From contig NZ_JHUX01000003.1 of the NCBI RefSeq assembly GCF_000619845.1, forward strand, positions 30,001 to 62,000: a stretch of 32,000 bases of DNA. The letters are read 5' to 3'. Both the position numbers and the translations under genes were made by a program. The notes under the pieces are model-generated. The model saw only the letters and a list, made by a program, of their open reading frames with translations. It was not told where the DNA came from and made no database searches. This DNA is from Alkanindiges illinoisensis DSM 15370 (GTDB lineage: Bacteria > Pseudomonadota > Gammaproteobacteria > Pseudomonadales > Moraxellaceae). Below are positions 15,783 to 24,413 of this stretch, in pieces (positions within the stretch are counted from its first letter, which is position 1; each line of letters begins with the position of its first letter).

Positions 15783-17510
15783 TTATAGGCCTCGCACCTG
15801 AATATTGTCGGGATACTGGGCTTGCAGTTTGGATTTTAAGGCGGTATAAGCTGCCATTTCCCCTTTGGCCTGATAAACCTTGGCCAGCCGTAGGGCAATG
15901 TTGAGATTATCGCCAAAGGACAGGGCTTTTTGCAGCGCTTTGATTGCACTGTCATAGTCTTTTTGCAGGAATGCCACTAGCCCCAGCGTGTCCAGAATGG
16001 CAGGCTGGTCGGGAGCCAGCGTATTGGCCCGTTCCGCCAGTTGCCGGGCATCATTGAGACGGCGATTCTGGGTGGCCAGTGTATAGGCGTAAGCGTTTAA
16101 ATAAGTTGGGCTATTGGGCTCAATACCTAGCAGGCGTTCCAGCTCCTGATCCAGCAAGGCCTGTTCAGTGGGTTTGAGCAGCAACACACGGGCATAAATC
16201 AGTTCAGGATCATCAGGCAGGTTTTTAAGGGCTTCATCCAGCAGGGAGCGTGCTGTGTCCGGCTGATGGTTATCCTTAAGCAGTTGTACCTGTAACTGAT
16301 AAAGAAAACTGGCTTCACCGGGATGATTAACCCGTTCCTGCGTCAGATGGGAAATGGCCTGTGGCAGGGCCTGCTGTTCTGCCAGCATCAGCGCCATTTT
16401 TTTCTGGGCACTTTGATACAATGTGCCTTCCACCCGCTTGTAGTAGGCGCTTGCCAGATCAATCTTGTGCTGCCGCTGTGCATTGATGGCCAGATAATAA
16501 TACGCCTGATCCATGTAGGCTTCCTGCTGTAACAGCTTCAGCAGGTATTGTTCTGCCTTGGCATATTGCTGTTCATCAATGCTCACCAGGCCGGCCAGCA
16601 GCAAAATTTCGGTGTCATCAGGCCATTGCCCGATCATGCCATCGAGTTTTTTAAGGGCTTTGGGCTGCTGGTTTTGCTTGAGCAAATAGCGGACTTCAAA
16701 CAGTTTCAGGCTTTTATTGCTGGGTTGTAGCGTGGTTTGCTTGTCCAGCCATTGCATCAGCTCGGCATTTTTATTTTGGGCAATCAGGATGTTGGCTTTT
16801 AGCGTCATAAATGCAGTGACATCAGGACGCTTTTTAAGCGCACGGTTGATGCGTTTTAAGGCTTCGTCCAGTTGCCCATTTTGAGCCTGCAAGCCTGCAA
16901 TCAGAACCAGCAGTGACGGGTTACTGTGCATATCCAGATGAATCAGGGCATTTAAGAGTTGCTGGCGATCCTGTTCATTTTCAGGATAAATACCAGCCAG
17001 TACCTGATCTAGTGCAACATCCGCATCGGCACTTAAAATCTGGTCAAGAATCCGCCCAGCCAATGGATAGTCATGGGTTTTAAGTGCCAGGTGCGCTAAA
17101 TAAAACTGGGCCGGGGTGTCCTGAGGTTCATTTTCTACCCAATGCTTGGCAATGTTCAGCGCGGTTTTATCATCCTGTGCATCAATTGATACAGTCAGGG
17201 CACGCTCCAGAATGCTGGGTGTGAGGGTTTCAAAGGCCATTTTCTGGTAAATAGCCACGGCTTTGGCCTGTTGTTGCCGGGCCAGTAAAAACTCGGCCTG
17301 CATGCTGCCACTAAAGTGGTCATTGACCGGAGTTATAGGGGTATTGCTATTTTTAAAGGCCTGCGCCGATTGCAGTGAAATAATACTCCCCATCAGCAAG
17401 CTGTACAGGCATTGCCGACTAGCGCTAACACAAGCATGTGAGGGGGAAAATACGGACAAAGGTGTTCCTGTTTTTGCGAATAGTTTGAGTTTGTGCGGTA
17501 GATAACGCAC
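15783..17510 (-). CDS. Tetratricopeptide-repeat protein (Pseudomonadales-type TPR gene upstream of lolB)
   Basis: Repeated TPR-like A/L/Y/Q helices run throughout. The position between lolB and divergent hemA matches Pseudomonas. The start is uncertain: the tracked start is a GTG at 17510 with no SD, only 36 bp from hemA. Confidence 0.8.
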   Translation of the reverse strand: MRYLPHKLKLFAKTGTPLSVFSPSHACVSASRQCLYSLLMGSIISLQSAQAFKNSNTPITPVNDHFSGSMQAEFLLARQQQAKAVAIYQKMAFETLTPSILERALTVSIDAQDDKTALNIAKHWVENEPQDTPAQFYLAHLALKTHDYPLAGRILDQILSADADVALDQVLAGIYPENEQDRQQLLNALIHLDMHSNPSLLVLIAGLQAQNGQLDEALKRINRALKKRPDVTAFMTLKANILIAQNKNAELMQWLDKQTTLQPSNKSLKLFEVRYLLKQNQQPKALKKLDGMIGQWPDDTEILLLAGLVSIDEQQYAKAEQYLLKLLQQEAYMDQAYYYLAINAQRQHKIDLASAYYKRVEGTLYQSAQKKMALMLAEQQALPQAISHLTQERVNHPGEASFLYQLQVQLLKDNHQPDTARSLLDEALKNLPDDPELIYARVLLLKPTEQALLDQELERLLGIEPNSPTYLNAYAYTLATQNRRLNDARQLAERANTLAPDQPAILDTLGLVAFLQKDYDSAIKALQKALSFGDNLNIALRLAKVYQAKGEMAAYTALKSKLQAQYPDNIQVRGL

Positions 17511-17546
17511 AATAGCACATATTTTTTTTGCAGCAATCCACGCAAT

Positions 17547-18881
17547 ATGGGTTTCTTTGCGTTAGGCGTTAACCACACTACGGCATCAGTTGACTTGCGT
17601 GAGAAAGTCGCGTTTTCGCCTGAGCGTCTGACCACAGCACTGCATGAAGCCTGTGCATTTTGTCATCTCAGTGATCTGGTGATTCTGTCCACCTGCAACC
17701 GCACCGAGATTTATGCCATTACGCCAAAACCCGATCTACTACTCGACTGGCTGGCCCATTTTAATGGTTTGCAGCGTACTGATCTGTTGCAGCATGTTTA
17801 TCAATTTGATAATGAATCAGCAATTACTCACCTGATTCGGGTCGCCAGCGGTCTGGATTCGATGGTGCTGGGTGAGCCACAGATTTTTGGTCAGGTGAAA
17901 AACGCACTACAATTGGCCCGGCAGGCCGGTACGGTGAGCAGCCAGTTAAGCCGCCTGTTTGAACATGCCTTTTATGCAGCCAAAAAAGTACGTTCTGAAA
18001 CGGCTGTCGGTGAGCAGGCCATTTCCATGGGCTATGCCGTAGTGCAACTGGCGCAGCAGGTATTTAGCAGCTTAAGCCAAACCACTGCGCTTATTGTGGC
18101 AGCCGGTGAAATGAACACACTGGTGACACGTCATCTGGTTGAGCAAAACGTGGGACGTCTGCTGATTTGCAATCGTAGCGTGGAGCGCGCAACCCTGCTG
18201 GCGGATGAGCTGATGGCGCGGGTGCCTGTGGAAATTATTCCTTTTGATCAACTGGCGGATGCCTTGCCACGTGCTGATATTGTGTCCAGTTGCACGGGCA
18301 GTCTGCATCAGGTTATTGATGCCAGTGACGTTAAGCAGGCGCTTAAAAAACGCCGCTTCAAGCCGATGCTGATGGTTGATCTGGCCGTGCCGCGTGATAT
18401 TGATCAGGCCGTATCGCGGCTCAATGATGTGTATTTATATGATGTGGATCACCTGCAAACCGTCATTGAGGGCAATCTGGCACAGCGCCGACAGGCAGCG
18501 CTGGAAGCTGAAGTGATGGTAAGCCAGTTGTCAGCGCAATTTATCCGTCAGCAGCGCAGTGAGCAGGCTACACCGTATATTGTGGCGTATCGTGGGCATA
18601 TTGAGCAGCTTAAGGCCAGTGAACTGGACAAGGCCAGACAGCTATTGGCACAGGGACAGAATGCCGAACAGGTGCTGGAACGACTGGCTAATGCCTTAAC
18701 CGCAAAGCTGGCCCATGCGCCATCCCAGCTGGTTCGGCAGGCGGCCATGCATGAAAATCCGGAAATACTGGAATGGAGCATGAGTGCTTTGGGAATTGAA
18801 GCGCTTGTCTCGAATGAACCAGCAGAAGGCAAGGAGCAGACAGCGCAACCACAGCCCAGCAATGAGCTGCTAAAGCCTTAA
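17547..18881 (+). CDS. hemA: Glutamyl-tRNA reductase
   Basis: MGFFALGVNHTTASVDLREKVAF, ILSTCNRTEIY and GEPQIFGQVK are present, with an NADPH-domain GxGxxG-like segment. A ~25-aa Q/P-rich C-terminal tail is also present. Confidence 0.95.
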   Translation: MGFFALGVNHTTASVDLREKVAFSPERLTTALHEACAFCHLSDLVILSTCNRTEIYAITPKPDLLLDWLAHFNGLQRTDLLQHVYQFDNESAITHLIRVASGLDSMVLGEPQIFGQVKNALQLARQAGTVSSQLSRLFEHAFYAAKKVRSETAVGEQAISMGYAVVQLAQQVFSSLSQTTALIVAAGEMNTLVTRHLVEQNVGRLLICNRSVERATLLADELMARVPVEIIPFDQLADALPRADIVSSCTGSLHQVIDASDVKQALKKRRFKPMLMVDLAVPRDIDQAVSRLNDVYLYDVDHLQTVIEGNLAQRRQAALEAEVMVSQLSAQFIRQQRSEQATPYIVAYRGHIEQLKASELDKARQLLAQGQNAEQVLERLANALTAKLAHAPSQLVRQAAMHENPEILEWSMSALGIEALVSNEPAEGKEQTAQPQPSNELLKP

Positions 18882-18909
18882 TTGAACCCGTATCATAAGT
18901 ATTAAAAAA

Positions 18910-18937
18910 GCGGCTATTAATTTATAGCCGCCTTTTT
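18910..18937. terminator. Rho-independent terminator after hemA (bidirectional design)
   Basis: GCGGCTAT-taattt-ATAGCCGC is a perfect 8-bp stem preceded by AAAAAA and followed by CTTTTT. Confidence 0.8.
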
Positions 18938-18970
18938 GTGATCTGTAAAAAATAGAGTTCTTTTAAAAGT

Positions 18971-19099
18971 GTGGTTTCGACATGGTTCGACAAGCTCACC
19001 AACCATGGTTCCTGAGCTTGCCGAAGGACAACCACTGTAGCCTGCGGTCATTGAGCACTCGACCAAGCTCACGCCGGACTTGTCGAAATGGTCGAAGGC
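18971..19099. repeat. REP/MITE-like composite palindromic element (TTCGACAAGCTCA / TGAGCTTGCCGAA family)
   Basis: TTCGACAAGCTCA (18986-18998) pairs with TGAGCTTGCCGAA (19012-19024). A third copy CTCGACCAAGCTCAC and terminal inverted TTCGACATGGTTCGACAAG / CTTGTCGAAATGGTCGAAG complete it. It lies between convergent genes. Confidence 0.7.
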
Positions 19100-19133
19100 A
19101 AAGTAATAAATTATGAATAAAGTCTAAGCAATA

Positions 19134-21035
19134 TTATTTTACCGATTGATTAAGTTTGATGTACCACAACTGGCTATGGCGTTCTTCCGGTTTGTTGGCA
19201 ATAATTTTATAGCTATAGCCGCTATTGCCATTTTTATCCGTCAGGTTGCCTTGTGCGTCAACTGTTAATTCAGTGGCATCTATGTTATTGCCTCTCTTGT
19301 CTCGCGCATCGACACACAGGCCAAAGTCATTGTCATTGCTAATGGCAAGGGTGTTGGCATCAATTAAGGTCAGGCCTTCCGCTTTCTCCATCAGCCAGCC
19401 GTAATCCTTCAAATCCAGCAGATAGGTTTTGCTGGCTGTCTTAACGCCTGCAGCCAGTAACTTGGCAGGCTCCTTGATTTTTTCCAGCTCATCCTCACCG
19501 GATTTCAGGTTGCTGATATCTGTGGCGTTCTTGATGTCAACCACATACAGCTTGTTATGGATTTTATTGTCGGCAAAAGTACCTTGTTCAATGGTCATAA
19601 AGCGGCCATTGCCCAGTGCCACCAGATCGCCCAGTTTGGCTTTGCCGGCCTTGCCATCCTGCCAGTCCGCTGGAGTAATCGGGTAGGCGTAGGTTTTGCT
19701 GGTGCGGGTTTGTGGGTCAAATTCCACTAGACGGGTAAACAGGGCGCTGTTTTTGCTGATGTCCAGCGTACTTTGCACAATGGCATACAGCTTGCCGTTG
19801 TTATAGCCCAGGCCTTCACAACCACGGTTTGGCTGGCGCTTGGCAATCAGGGCAGGCAGGCCAGTCCCAGGACCAAATTTTTCGATAATCTTGCCGCTGG
19901 ACAGTTCAACCTTGGCCACAAACGGGCCGTATTCATCACAAATCCAGCCGTGCTTATTGTCTGCATCCAGTGTGATGGCTTCAGTGTCCAAGCCATTAGC
20001 ATCTGTGCCCAGATTGATTTTTAGGTCTTCGGATAGGGCCGCTTCGTTACTGGAACCAACGCTACCAGACGGCAGGGGCAGGCCAGTAATTTTCTTGCCG
20101 TTTAGACTGAGTTCCAGTTGGCTGGCCAGTTTGACGCCATTTTGGTCAACAGTCAGTTTAACCAACGTAGGGGCAAACTGTGGTGCCGGGAAAACCTTGG
20201 TGGCTGTGCCATCTGCCAGCATCGGTGAGTCGGCATTTGGCCCGCGATCCGTAATGGCATAAAAGGTAGAAACGCCATTTTGTGCGCTCACAAAGCTTAG
20301 TCCCGAACCCACGGCCAATGGAAAGCCTTTGGGGAAATATTGCTTAAGACTGGCATTGGTACCGCTATAAGGCACGTAAATATCAGGAATGACGTGGCGT
20401 TCAATACTGCTGACCAGCCCGCTGCCTGTGGTTTTGTCGTAGCTGATCGTGGCTTTACCCATCGCACTGGCTTCACTAACAAGCAGTTGATCTTTTGCCA
20501 GTGCCGCGTCCACGATACTGGCTGAAATATTCAATTTGCTCAGCAAACTGCTAAGCTGCTGGGCAAACTGCTCAGGCGCGATAGTAAAATCCAGCGTGCC
20601 AATATTTTTAAGCTGTGCCAATGTTGTACTGGCGAGTTGAATGCCATTGCTGCTGTCGGCATCCTGATCCAGTGTTTGCAGCAATACTGCACGATTAATG
20701 CTGCTATTGCTCAGGTTGCCTTGTTCAGTAGTCCCGTTATTCAATGTTTTAAGTAGTACCTTGTCGGAAGTAGGTTTGACTGTACCCAGTGTAATGTCAC
20801 CCAGTTTAAAGGTAACGGTTTCCCCGGCTTTATAATTAAATTTACCATCACTGCCCGTAACGCCCTGTTGCGAGCTGCTGCTATAGCTGAGGCCACTTAC
20901 TGCGCTATCAATAAAATAGCCAGTTTGTACTTGGGCTACCGGGGCAGTGTTGTCCTGGTTATCGTTGTCGTCATTACAGGCGGCAAGCGCCAGTGCACTC
21001 ATGGCAATGATGAGCGATTTATAGTTGAGTTGCAT
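19134..21035 (-). CDS. Lipoprotein with a C-terminal esterase-like/phytase-like beta-propeller domain
   Basis: The signal plus lipobox is MSALALAAC followed by an N/D-rich linker. FYAITDRGPNADSP and the later propeller-like repeats fit my memory of the 'esterase-like activity of phytase' family. Confidence 0.7.
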   Translation of the reverse strand: MQLNYKSLIIAMSALALAACNDDNDNQDNTAPVAQVQTGYFIDSAVSGLSYSSSSQQGVTGSDGKFNYKAGETVTFKLGDITLGTVKPTSDKVLLKTLNNGTTEQGNLSNSSINRAVLLQTLDQDADSSNGIQLASTTLAQLKNIGTLDFTIAPEQFAQQLSSLLSKLNISASIVDAALAKDQLLVSEASAMGKATISYDKTTGSGLVSSIERHVIPDIYVPYSGTNASLKQYFPKGFPLAVGSGLSFVSAQNGVSTFYAITDRGPNADSPMLADGTATKVFPAPQFAPTLVKLTVDQNGVKLASQLELSLNGKKITGLPLPSGSVGSSNEAALSEDLKINLGTDANGLDTEAITLDADNKHGWICDEYGPFVAKVELSSGKIIEKFGPGTGLPALIAKRQPNRGCEGLGYNNGKLYAIVQSTLDISKNSALFTRLVEFDPQTRTSKTYAYPITPADWQDGKAGKAKLGDLVALGNGRFMTIEQGTFADNKIHNKLYVVDIKNATDISNLKSGEDELEKIKEPAKLLAAGVKTASKTYLLDLKDYGWLMEKAEGLTLIDANTLAISNDNDFGLCVDARDKRGNNIDATELTVDAQGNLTDKNGNSGYSYKIIANKPEERHSQLWYIKLNQSVK

Positions 21036-21175
21036 AAAGCAGTTCCAGATTAAAGACTGGCTTAAGCTATAGTGGGCTGATGACAGGCAAGTGACAAAAT
21101 CATGGCAAAATAAAGACAGTCACTAAAGCGGTGGAGTATCGATAAACTTCTGGCTTTATTGAAGTTTTAAAAATG

Positions 21176-21196
21176 ATAAACAGGTCTTAGACCTGA
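21176..21196 (-). terminator. Possible terminator after dnaG
   Basis: The minus strand reads CAGGTC-taa-GACCTG followed by TTTATCATTTTT. The stem is short. Confidence 0.35.
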
Positions 21197-21202
21197 AGAT
21201 TT

Positions 21203-23161
21203 TTAAACAATATCTTCCCGAAACGATTGTTTCTTGCGAATTTCCAGCAACTGGTTTTTTAATTGCTGGCGAACCTGAATGGAGCCGGATAAATTCAGTT
21301 TTTTGCGTAAATACTGTTCGGTAAGCTGCATCACCAGTTCCTGACACAGGCCATCCAGCCGTTCAGGCTGCTGCACATAGACGCCCATATCCACGGCATC
21401 GAGCAGATGACATAACTTGTTGCGCTCCTGTTCATTGGGCCACGCACCCAGCATGAAATACAGGCATTGTTCCGGGTCGTCCGGCAGTTCTTCATCGGCC
21501 TGCTGCATGAGGTATAGCGCACGACCAAAGGCATGATTAGCATCTACCAGCTCAAGTAATCCACTCATCTGGTTAAATAAAGCCGGATACTGTAATAGCA
21601 GCAGCAGGGCTTTTTCTTCCAGGCTGGAGCTTTGTTCAAACGATAATAATTGCTGCTGTGCCGCTGGTTTTTTATTCCAGCCTAGCCCTAAACGGTCACG
21701 CAAGGATTGTTCCAGCAGTCGCTTAAAACTACCTTTTGCAGGCAGCAGGGCAGTTAAGGAACGGGCTTCCTGCATCAGGCGACTTTTGCCTTCAGGTGTC
21801 TTAATGTCAATTTGCTGGGCCAGACTTTCAAACAAAAAGTCCGACAGCGGCGGCGCCTGTTCAATCCGCCGCCGGATACCGCTCAAGCCTTCCAGCCGGA
21901 TTAAGGAATCCGGATCATGCTGTTCGGGCAACACCAGAAAGCGCAGTTCTCGCCCATCAGTCAGCGCAGGCAATGCCAGCTCAAGGGTACGCCACGCAGC
22001 ACGCTGTCCAGCCGCGTCGCCATCGAAGGCCAGCGTGATCTTGTTGCTTTGCTTAAACAGGGTATTAAGATGTTCCACATTGGTGGCTGTGCCCAGGGAT
22101 GCCACTGCGCCAGCCAGCCCAGCCTGTTGCAGGGCAATCACGTCCATATAGCCTTCTACCATCAGCCATTGAGTAGCGCGGGCCTTGCGGCCTTCATACA
22201 GGCCATACAGGATTTCACTTTTATGGAAAATGATTGATTCCGGCGAGTTAATGTATTTGGGCTTGATGTCATCGCTCATGGCGCGGCCACCAAAACCCAC
22301 CACACGGCCTTTGGCATCCCGAATGGGAAAAATCACCCGGTCACGCAGCAGGTCATAGGCCCGACCTTTTTCACTATCACGGATCAGGCCGACGGTTTTT
22401 AAGCCTTCAATATCGCGGGAAAAATGCTGTTGCAGATGTTGCCAGTCACTTGGCGCATAACCCAGCCGCCAGAATTCACACGCTTTTTCATCCAGCCCAC
22501 GACTGGTTAAATAGGCTTGCGCTGCACTGTTTTTAGCCAGTTGCTGCTGGTAAAACTGTGCCACCTGTTCCAGTAGGTCATACAAATTACCTTCTTTCGA
22601 TGAGGCATTATTTGCCATGTCATCATTGGGCACGTCCTGACTGGTGCTGTCATGCCAGATGTCATCTAGCATCAGATGCGCTGTACCATCAACATCTGTG
22701 GGAATATCAAAAGGATCACTATCAGATGCAGCTTGATGGCTAGCAGGCGTTTTGATATTTCTGGCGGGGGTGCCAGCCTGTGGTGCTACGGGTTTTTTAG
22801 CAGCAGGCACAGCTGGCTTGGGCGCTGCACTGCGTTTATAGCTAAATTTGTTATTGTCATCCTGTGAATTTTTGGGCAGTTCAATCCCTGCTTGCTGCGC
22901 CAGATCCTTGATCACATCAATAAAATTGCGGTTTTCATATTCCATCAAAAAACCAATAGCATTGCCGTGCGCATGACAGCCAAAGCAATGATAAAAGCCT
23001 TTATTGCGGTCTACATTAAATGACGGGGATTTTTCCTGATGAAACGGACAGCAGGCAGTATAGGTTTTGCCTGATTTTTTGAGTTTGATCCGGCTGCCAA
23101 TCAGCTCTACCAAATCAATGCGATCCAGTATCTGGTCGATGGTATGTTGTGGAATTGCCAT
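21203..23161 (-). CDS. dnaG: DNA primase
   Basis: The CHC2 zinc finger is present (CCPFHQEKSPSFNVDRNKGFYHCFGCHAHGN), as are the TOPRIM segments (LMVEGYMDVIAL, LAFDGDAAGQRA). A GGGGG SD precedes the start. Confidence 0.95.
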   Translation of the reverse strand: MAIPQHTIDQILDRIDLVELIGSRIKLKKSGKTYTACCPFHQEKSPSFNVDRNKGFYHCFGCHAHGNAIGFLMEYENRNFIDVIKDLAQQAGIELPKNSQDDNNKFSYKRSAAPKPAVPAAKKPVAPQAGTPARNIKTPASHQAASDSDPFDIPTDVDGTAHLMLDDIWHDSTSQDVPNDDMANNASSKEGNLYDLLEQVAQFYQQQLAKNSAAQAYLTSRGLDEKACEFWRLGYAPSDWQHLQQHFSRDIEGLKTVGLIRDSEKGRAYDLLRDRVIFPIRDAKGRVVGFGGRAMSDDIKPKYINSPESIIFHKSEILYGLYEGRKARATQWLMVEGYMDVIALQQAGLAGAVASLGTATNVEHLNTLFKQSNKITLAFDGDAAGQRAAWRTLELALPALTDGRELRFLVLPEQHDPDSLIRLEGLSGIRRRIEQAPPLSDFLFESLAQQIDIKTPEGKSRLMQEARSLTALLPAKGSFKRLLEQSLRDRLGLGWNKKPAAQQQLLSFEQSSSLEEKALLLLLQYPALFNQMSGLLELVDANHAFGRALYLMQQADEELPDDPEQCLYFMLGAWPNEQERNKLCHLLDAVDMGVYVQQPERLDGLCQELVMQLTEQYLRKKLNLSGSIQVRQQLKNQLLEIRKKQSFREDIV

Positions 23162-23253
23162 GTTGCCCCCGCTGCACTATTTACCAAAAACAGGCAGTGG
23201 GAGCACTATAGCATAAGGTGAATAATCAGTTATGTTTTGCACGCATTATAAAG

Positions 23254-24339
23254 TTATGGCGCATTGGATGGCGCAGATTCCGGCTGCTGCTGCGGCGAGG
23301 TCAGCTCGGGCAGGCCCAGACCAATGCTGGGAACTGGAGGCTGCTGTACAGCATTATCCAGATCCGGTTGCGGAACATCAGGCTTGATCTGCTCGGATGT
23401 CAGTTCATTGCTGGTGGCCGGGGTGGCCGCAGGCGGAACCACAACGGCTGCATTTTCGCGGTTCTGTGGCACAAACGATTGCGCTTCACGGCCAAAAATA
23501 CCAAGCGTGGCACGGTTAACCCAGGAGGCCTTGCCGCGTGCTGCATTCAGGTCTACGCCATTGCCCTTGATCAGCTTGGGATAATTCAGGCGAATGATTT
23601 CAAGGTACTGATTGGCAGTTTGCTGGTCGCCCAGTTTCTGGTAGCCATACACAATAGTGGCCAGTGCTTCAGGAACTTGCGGGGTTTGAGGATAATATTC
23701 CAGCACCCAGCGTGCACGTTGTACCGCAGCCAGCCATGCCTGACGTTTCAGGTTGTAGCGTGCCACGTTCATTTCGCTTTCAGCCAGTTCCTGATTAACG
23801 TATTGCATACGCTGCGCTGCATCTACCGCATAACGGCTGTTGGGGAAACGCTGTACAAATTCACGCAGGCTGCTATAGGCCAGACGCAGGTAGCTGACAT
23901 CACGGTGTGACTGGTTCAGGTTGGTGTAGCGCAGCAAACCATCATAATGCTGCTCCATGTTGGCAACCCCGCGAATATAATAGGCATAGTCCAGTTGGGC
24001 ATTGCTGGGGTATAAGCGAATGAAGCGATCCGCCAGCGTCACCACGCCCGGATAATCACCCTGCTTGAAACGGGAATACATCAGGTCTAGCTGGGCCTGT
24101 TCAGTATATTCACCGGTTGGATAATAGGTATCCAGCGCTTCCAGTGATTTGTTGGCTTCGGTGTACTGGCCGCGTTTCAGGCTCTTTTGTGCAGACTCAT
24201 AATAGGCTTGCTCACTGCGCTGCGGGCCTGCGTCCTTCAGATCATTTTTCTTTTTTGGAAAGCTGCTACAACCCGCCATTCCTCCTGCAATTGCCACGGA
24301 TAATGACAACATCAACACACTAAAACGGGGCAGCGACAT
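23254..24339 (-). CDS. bamD: Outer-membrane protein assembly factor BamD (with a Pro/Gln-rich C-terminal extension)
   Basis: The lipoprotein signal MSLPRFSVLMLSLSVAIAGGMAGC is preceded by an AGGAG SD. A TPR-like BamD core follows (YYPTGEYTEQAQLDLMYS...). It is divergent from rluD as in E. coli. The tracked 426-aa ORF over-extends upstream. Confidence 0.9.
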   Translation of the reverse strand: MSLPRFSVLMLSLSVAIAGGMAGCSSFPKKKNDLKDAGPQRSEQAYYESAQKSLKRGQYTEANKSLEALDTYYPTGEYTEQAQLDLMYSRFKQGDYPGVVTLADRFIRLYPSNAQLDYAYYIRGVANMEQHYDGLLRYTNLNQSHRDVSYLRLAYSSLREFVQRFPNSRYAVDAAQRMQYVNQELAESEMNVARYNLKRQAWLAAVQRARWVLEYYPQTPQVPEALATIVYGYQKLGDQQTANQYLEIIRLNYPKLIKGNGVDLNAARGKASWVNRATLGIFGREAQSFVPQNRENAAVVVPPAATPATSNELTSEQIKPDVPQPDLDNAVQQPPVPSIGLGLPELTSPQQQPESAPSNAP

Positions 24340-24413
24340 AAATACTCCTCTGGACTTAACGGGCAATACGCTACAATGGGGGCTATTTAACCATTTTTGA
24401 TGACAGATACCAA

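Noticed and set aside
19429-20525. Several 60-140-aa plus-strand ORFs (19429, 19773, 19840, 20340)
   Set aside because: All lie antisense within the 633-aa phytase-like lipoprotein gene and have low-complexity compositions.
23245-23250. Perfect TATAAT on the minus strand just after the bamD stop, as a dnaG promoter
   Set aside because: No acceptable -35 or extended -10 element lies at the right spacing (CCATCC at -35). It is noted only as a possibility.
23218-23910. 230-aa ORF on the plus strand
   Set aside because: It is entirely antisense to bamD. Its R/G/L/Q-rich low-complexity composition is typical of the mirror frame of a real gene, and it has no SD or recognisable motif.
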